The notes under the pieces were generated by a model that did no database searches, was not told the origin of the DNA, and worked only from the letters and a program-made list of their open reading frames with translations. This document shows positions 44,701-45,787 of a stretch of 45,787 bases of DNA, in pieces (positions within the stretch are counted from its first letter, which is position 1; every line of letters begins with the position of its first letter). Source of the DNA: Cellvibrionales bacterium UBA3090 (GTDB lineage: Bacteria; Pseudomonadota; Gammaproteobacteria; Pseudomonadales; Porticoccaceae); assembly GCA_002367235.1 (NCBI GenBank), contig DFBC01000112.1, forward strand, positions 1 through 45,787, read 5' to 3'. Made by a program: the position numbers and the translations under genes.

Positions 44701-45787
44701 TGATTTACAGGGCAGTGCGGCAATCAGTGCAAATGGTATTAACGGCTACAATAGTTACGGCGGCGGTGCTGGCGGTAGTATCCATCTTGAAGTTGATTCG
44801 TTAACGGGTAGCGGCACCTTGGAGGTACTCGGTGGTGGCGGTACCCATAAAGCGGGTGGCGGTAGAATAAGTGCCTACATCGGCAGTGATACAGGTTTTA
44901 CGGGCAGTTATTTAACGGGTAATTCTAATGCGGGTAGCGGTACTGCTTTCGTAAAAAGAAGCGGAGATTTATTTGGTGAGTTAATTGTAGATAATTCAAG
45001 TGTGACGGCAAATGACTTTAGTACGCCGTTACCCGGTGTGGGTAAACATTCTATTACCAGTGCTTCTCAAGTTGACGTTGGCTTGTGGCGGGTGACGGTC
45101 GATGGCACTCCATGGACGGCGACTAGCGCAGAATATCAATGGGGCGTAGATGGTTTTGAGGTGTTGCTGGATGAAGGCAATGAGGCTGGCCAGCGCTACC
45201 TGATAGAAAGCAATACTACTAATGAATTATTTATTCGAACAACTGATGATCTTAGTGTATTTACGGGCAAGGATTTAGTAGGGGTTCATGTTTTTGACCG
45301 CATTATCGTTCGTAATGGTGGTTGGTTGGATGTAGGGCAGGATCGTATCGTTGTCCTGGAAAGCGGTAACTCAACTATCAGTAATGGCTCGACTGTATCG
45401 GGTGATGTACTTCCCCAAAATGTTATTGACCGGGCACTTTCTACGGGCGGAGGTATTGTTACCACCTCGCCGATAAGTGTTTTTGACTTGTCGATTAATG
45501 GCTCAGGTGGAGCCAAGATTAAAGCGCCTTCATTGGAGGTGAGAAATAACGCTTCCATTACCGGTGATGGCGAGAAAATAACTATTAGCCTGGAATTGGA
45601 AGAACCGTTCACTGTGGCCGGTGATTTTACTCTAACGAATGCCACTTTGACGGTACCCAAAGCGACGAGTTCACCCCGGAAAGTGCATGGTCTGTCTCTG
45701 GATGTCGGCGGTACCCTAACGGTCGATGCCGACTCAGTGATTGACCTGGCAGGCAAGGGCTACCCCAATAATGACTGGAGTGGCCCT
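41741..45787 (+). CDS. Second giant secreted protein, truncated by window edge (>1349 aa): Ig-like, DxDGDG Ca-binding repeats, LVIVD repeats, Gly-rich beta repeats
   Basis: Segments translated by hand, all in one frame: MYCRTVGAIALLFTAISGFSSAIWA signal; LDETCTVSILNRT..LPNVP...RATC; four DxDGDG; AYVATAGGLTIVDLTEP; ends GKGYPNNDWSGP at the edge; absent from ORF track, consistent with no stop in window. Confidence 0.9.
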   Translation, partial: MYCRTVGAIALLFTAISGFSSAIWAGTNASLVLDETCTVSILNRTVYADENGRFALPNVPSFMGEIKARATCIRDGKTVSGETAYFSVVNNTTINVGDFYLAQAEDTPASVRFINGSSVLLLGDEASQQLFTVFTYSDGREEFVFEAQEGVNYSSSSPAVAAVDSAGLITAMSSGVSLVSVRKDGVLATITVNVSASGDIDGDGIPDDIELLYGLDPNDPVDALEDQDGDGISALDEFNLGTSPINPDTDGDGIDDNEEIEAGEDGFITNPLLADTDGDGLSDALEIAIGSDPTDINDANYAAVITSIDATPDSSVIFYNSIDGVGSLQLTVSATLVDGAVVDITGKGTGTDYSSADLSIANFGADDGRIYAGLDGVTEITVSNGSFSDTVQLSVLTFDPTALGYIELPNAANNVAVEGATAYVATAGGLTIVDLTEPQAPAVISSLSVASGAVDVKADNGYVYLATTAGLAVVNVLAPETPVLVAVLTSVGQVNDIAIENGRAYLATQDQGVVVVDIANPAALQTLGSIVLGSVIHAVDIAGQMAVAVSGDAVIALGVSNPASIVEWSRVTVNAAKEVALKDKHAFLAAGNGDYYPSIDFTDPLNPVFNATQRTFLPSDVVVNGDHAFYSDTLFPSAIPIVNIKDPNNPLYQELIDLSQYGDKDCNGIDADFAYVYCTAANRLYIAQYRQPSDVAGIAPTIVWQTPALGTELFQNRPYRVKADVNDDVRVAQVSFFANDTLVHTDVTPPYTFVYKVPEGITTQIFKVEALDLASNLASTGDLAFNVSPLAAIDEEWSDVVVDYFDEDLLTSSVAMTNATFISQYKLVTAGDLLVTGDTAGIVVEQLEVGGNLIVDGATLTINSANGIEVLGDVVLINGASITVPNANSSTQDIIELDLNVAGQVRIDATSAIDVSGKGYPPRQISGPDWSGTARYGCHGGIRTKDGSRDCIYGRYNEARFAGSSGYESGASTAHGGGVVRITAQSVDLQGSAAISANGINGYNSYGGGAGGSIHLEVDSLTGSGTLEVLGGGGTHKAGGGRISAYIGSDTGFTGSYLTGNSNAGSGTAFVKRSGDLFGELIVDNSSVTANDFSTPLPGVGKHSITSASQVDVGLWRVTVDGTPWTATSAEYQWGVDGFEVLLDEGNEAGQRYLIESNTTNELFIRTTDDLSVFTGKDLVGVHVFDRIIVRNGGWLDVGQDRIVVLESGNSTISNGSTVSGDVLPQNVIDRALSTGGGIVTTSPISVFDLSINGSGGAKIKAPSLEVRNNASITGDGEKITISLELEEPFTVAGDFTLTNATLTVPKATSSPRKVHGLSLDVGGTLTVDADSVIDLAGKGYPNNDWSGP

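Noticed and set aside
42418-45756. Short ORFs listed in the track in this interval
   Set aside because: Antisense or off-frame shadows of the long plus-strand ORF starting at 41741

Overview
The window looks like part of a gammaproteobacterial integrating conjugative element (ICE) of the PFGI-1/ICEclc type with two cargo regions. (1) 102-7597 and 13945-18664: the conserved conjugation backbone (RAQPRD protein through a TraC/VirB4 ATPase, then DUF1525, TraU-like, PFL_4711-like and TraG_N genes). (2) 7841-13780, inserted right after the ATPase: a candidate anti-phage cassette (DUF2235 alpha/beta hydrolase, caspase-like C14 protease, 486-aa unknown, MBL-fold hydrolase with two similar acidic insertions) flanked by degenerate 23-bp inverted motifs, plus a NERD-zinc-finger gene. 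(3) 19207-45787, after traG: a gspC-M type II secretion cluster apparently co-transcribed with an FG-GAP/CRTAC1-HEAT protein and a membrane-anchored pentahaem cytochrome c. Divergent from it are a 1779-aa Ig/TSP3/ZU5-like exoprotein with a Cys-rich, lower-GC tip, two AT-rich orphan genes, a DsbA-family oxidoreductase and a second giant exoprotein (>1349 aa) that runs off the window and is missing from the ORF track. No integrase, relaxase, att site, tRNA, rRNA or CRISPR array was seen. All family assignments come from motif recognition and synteny by eye, not database searches.
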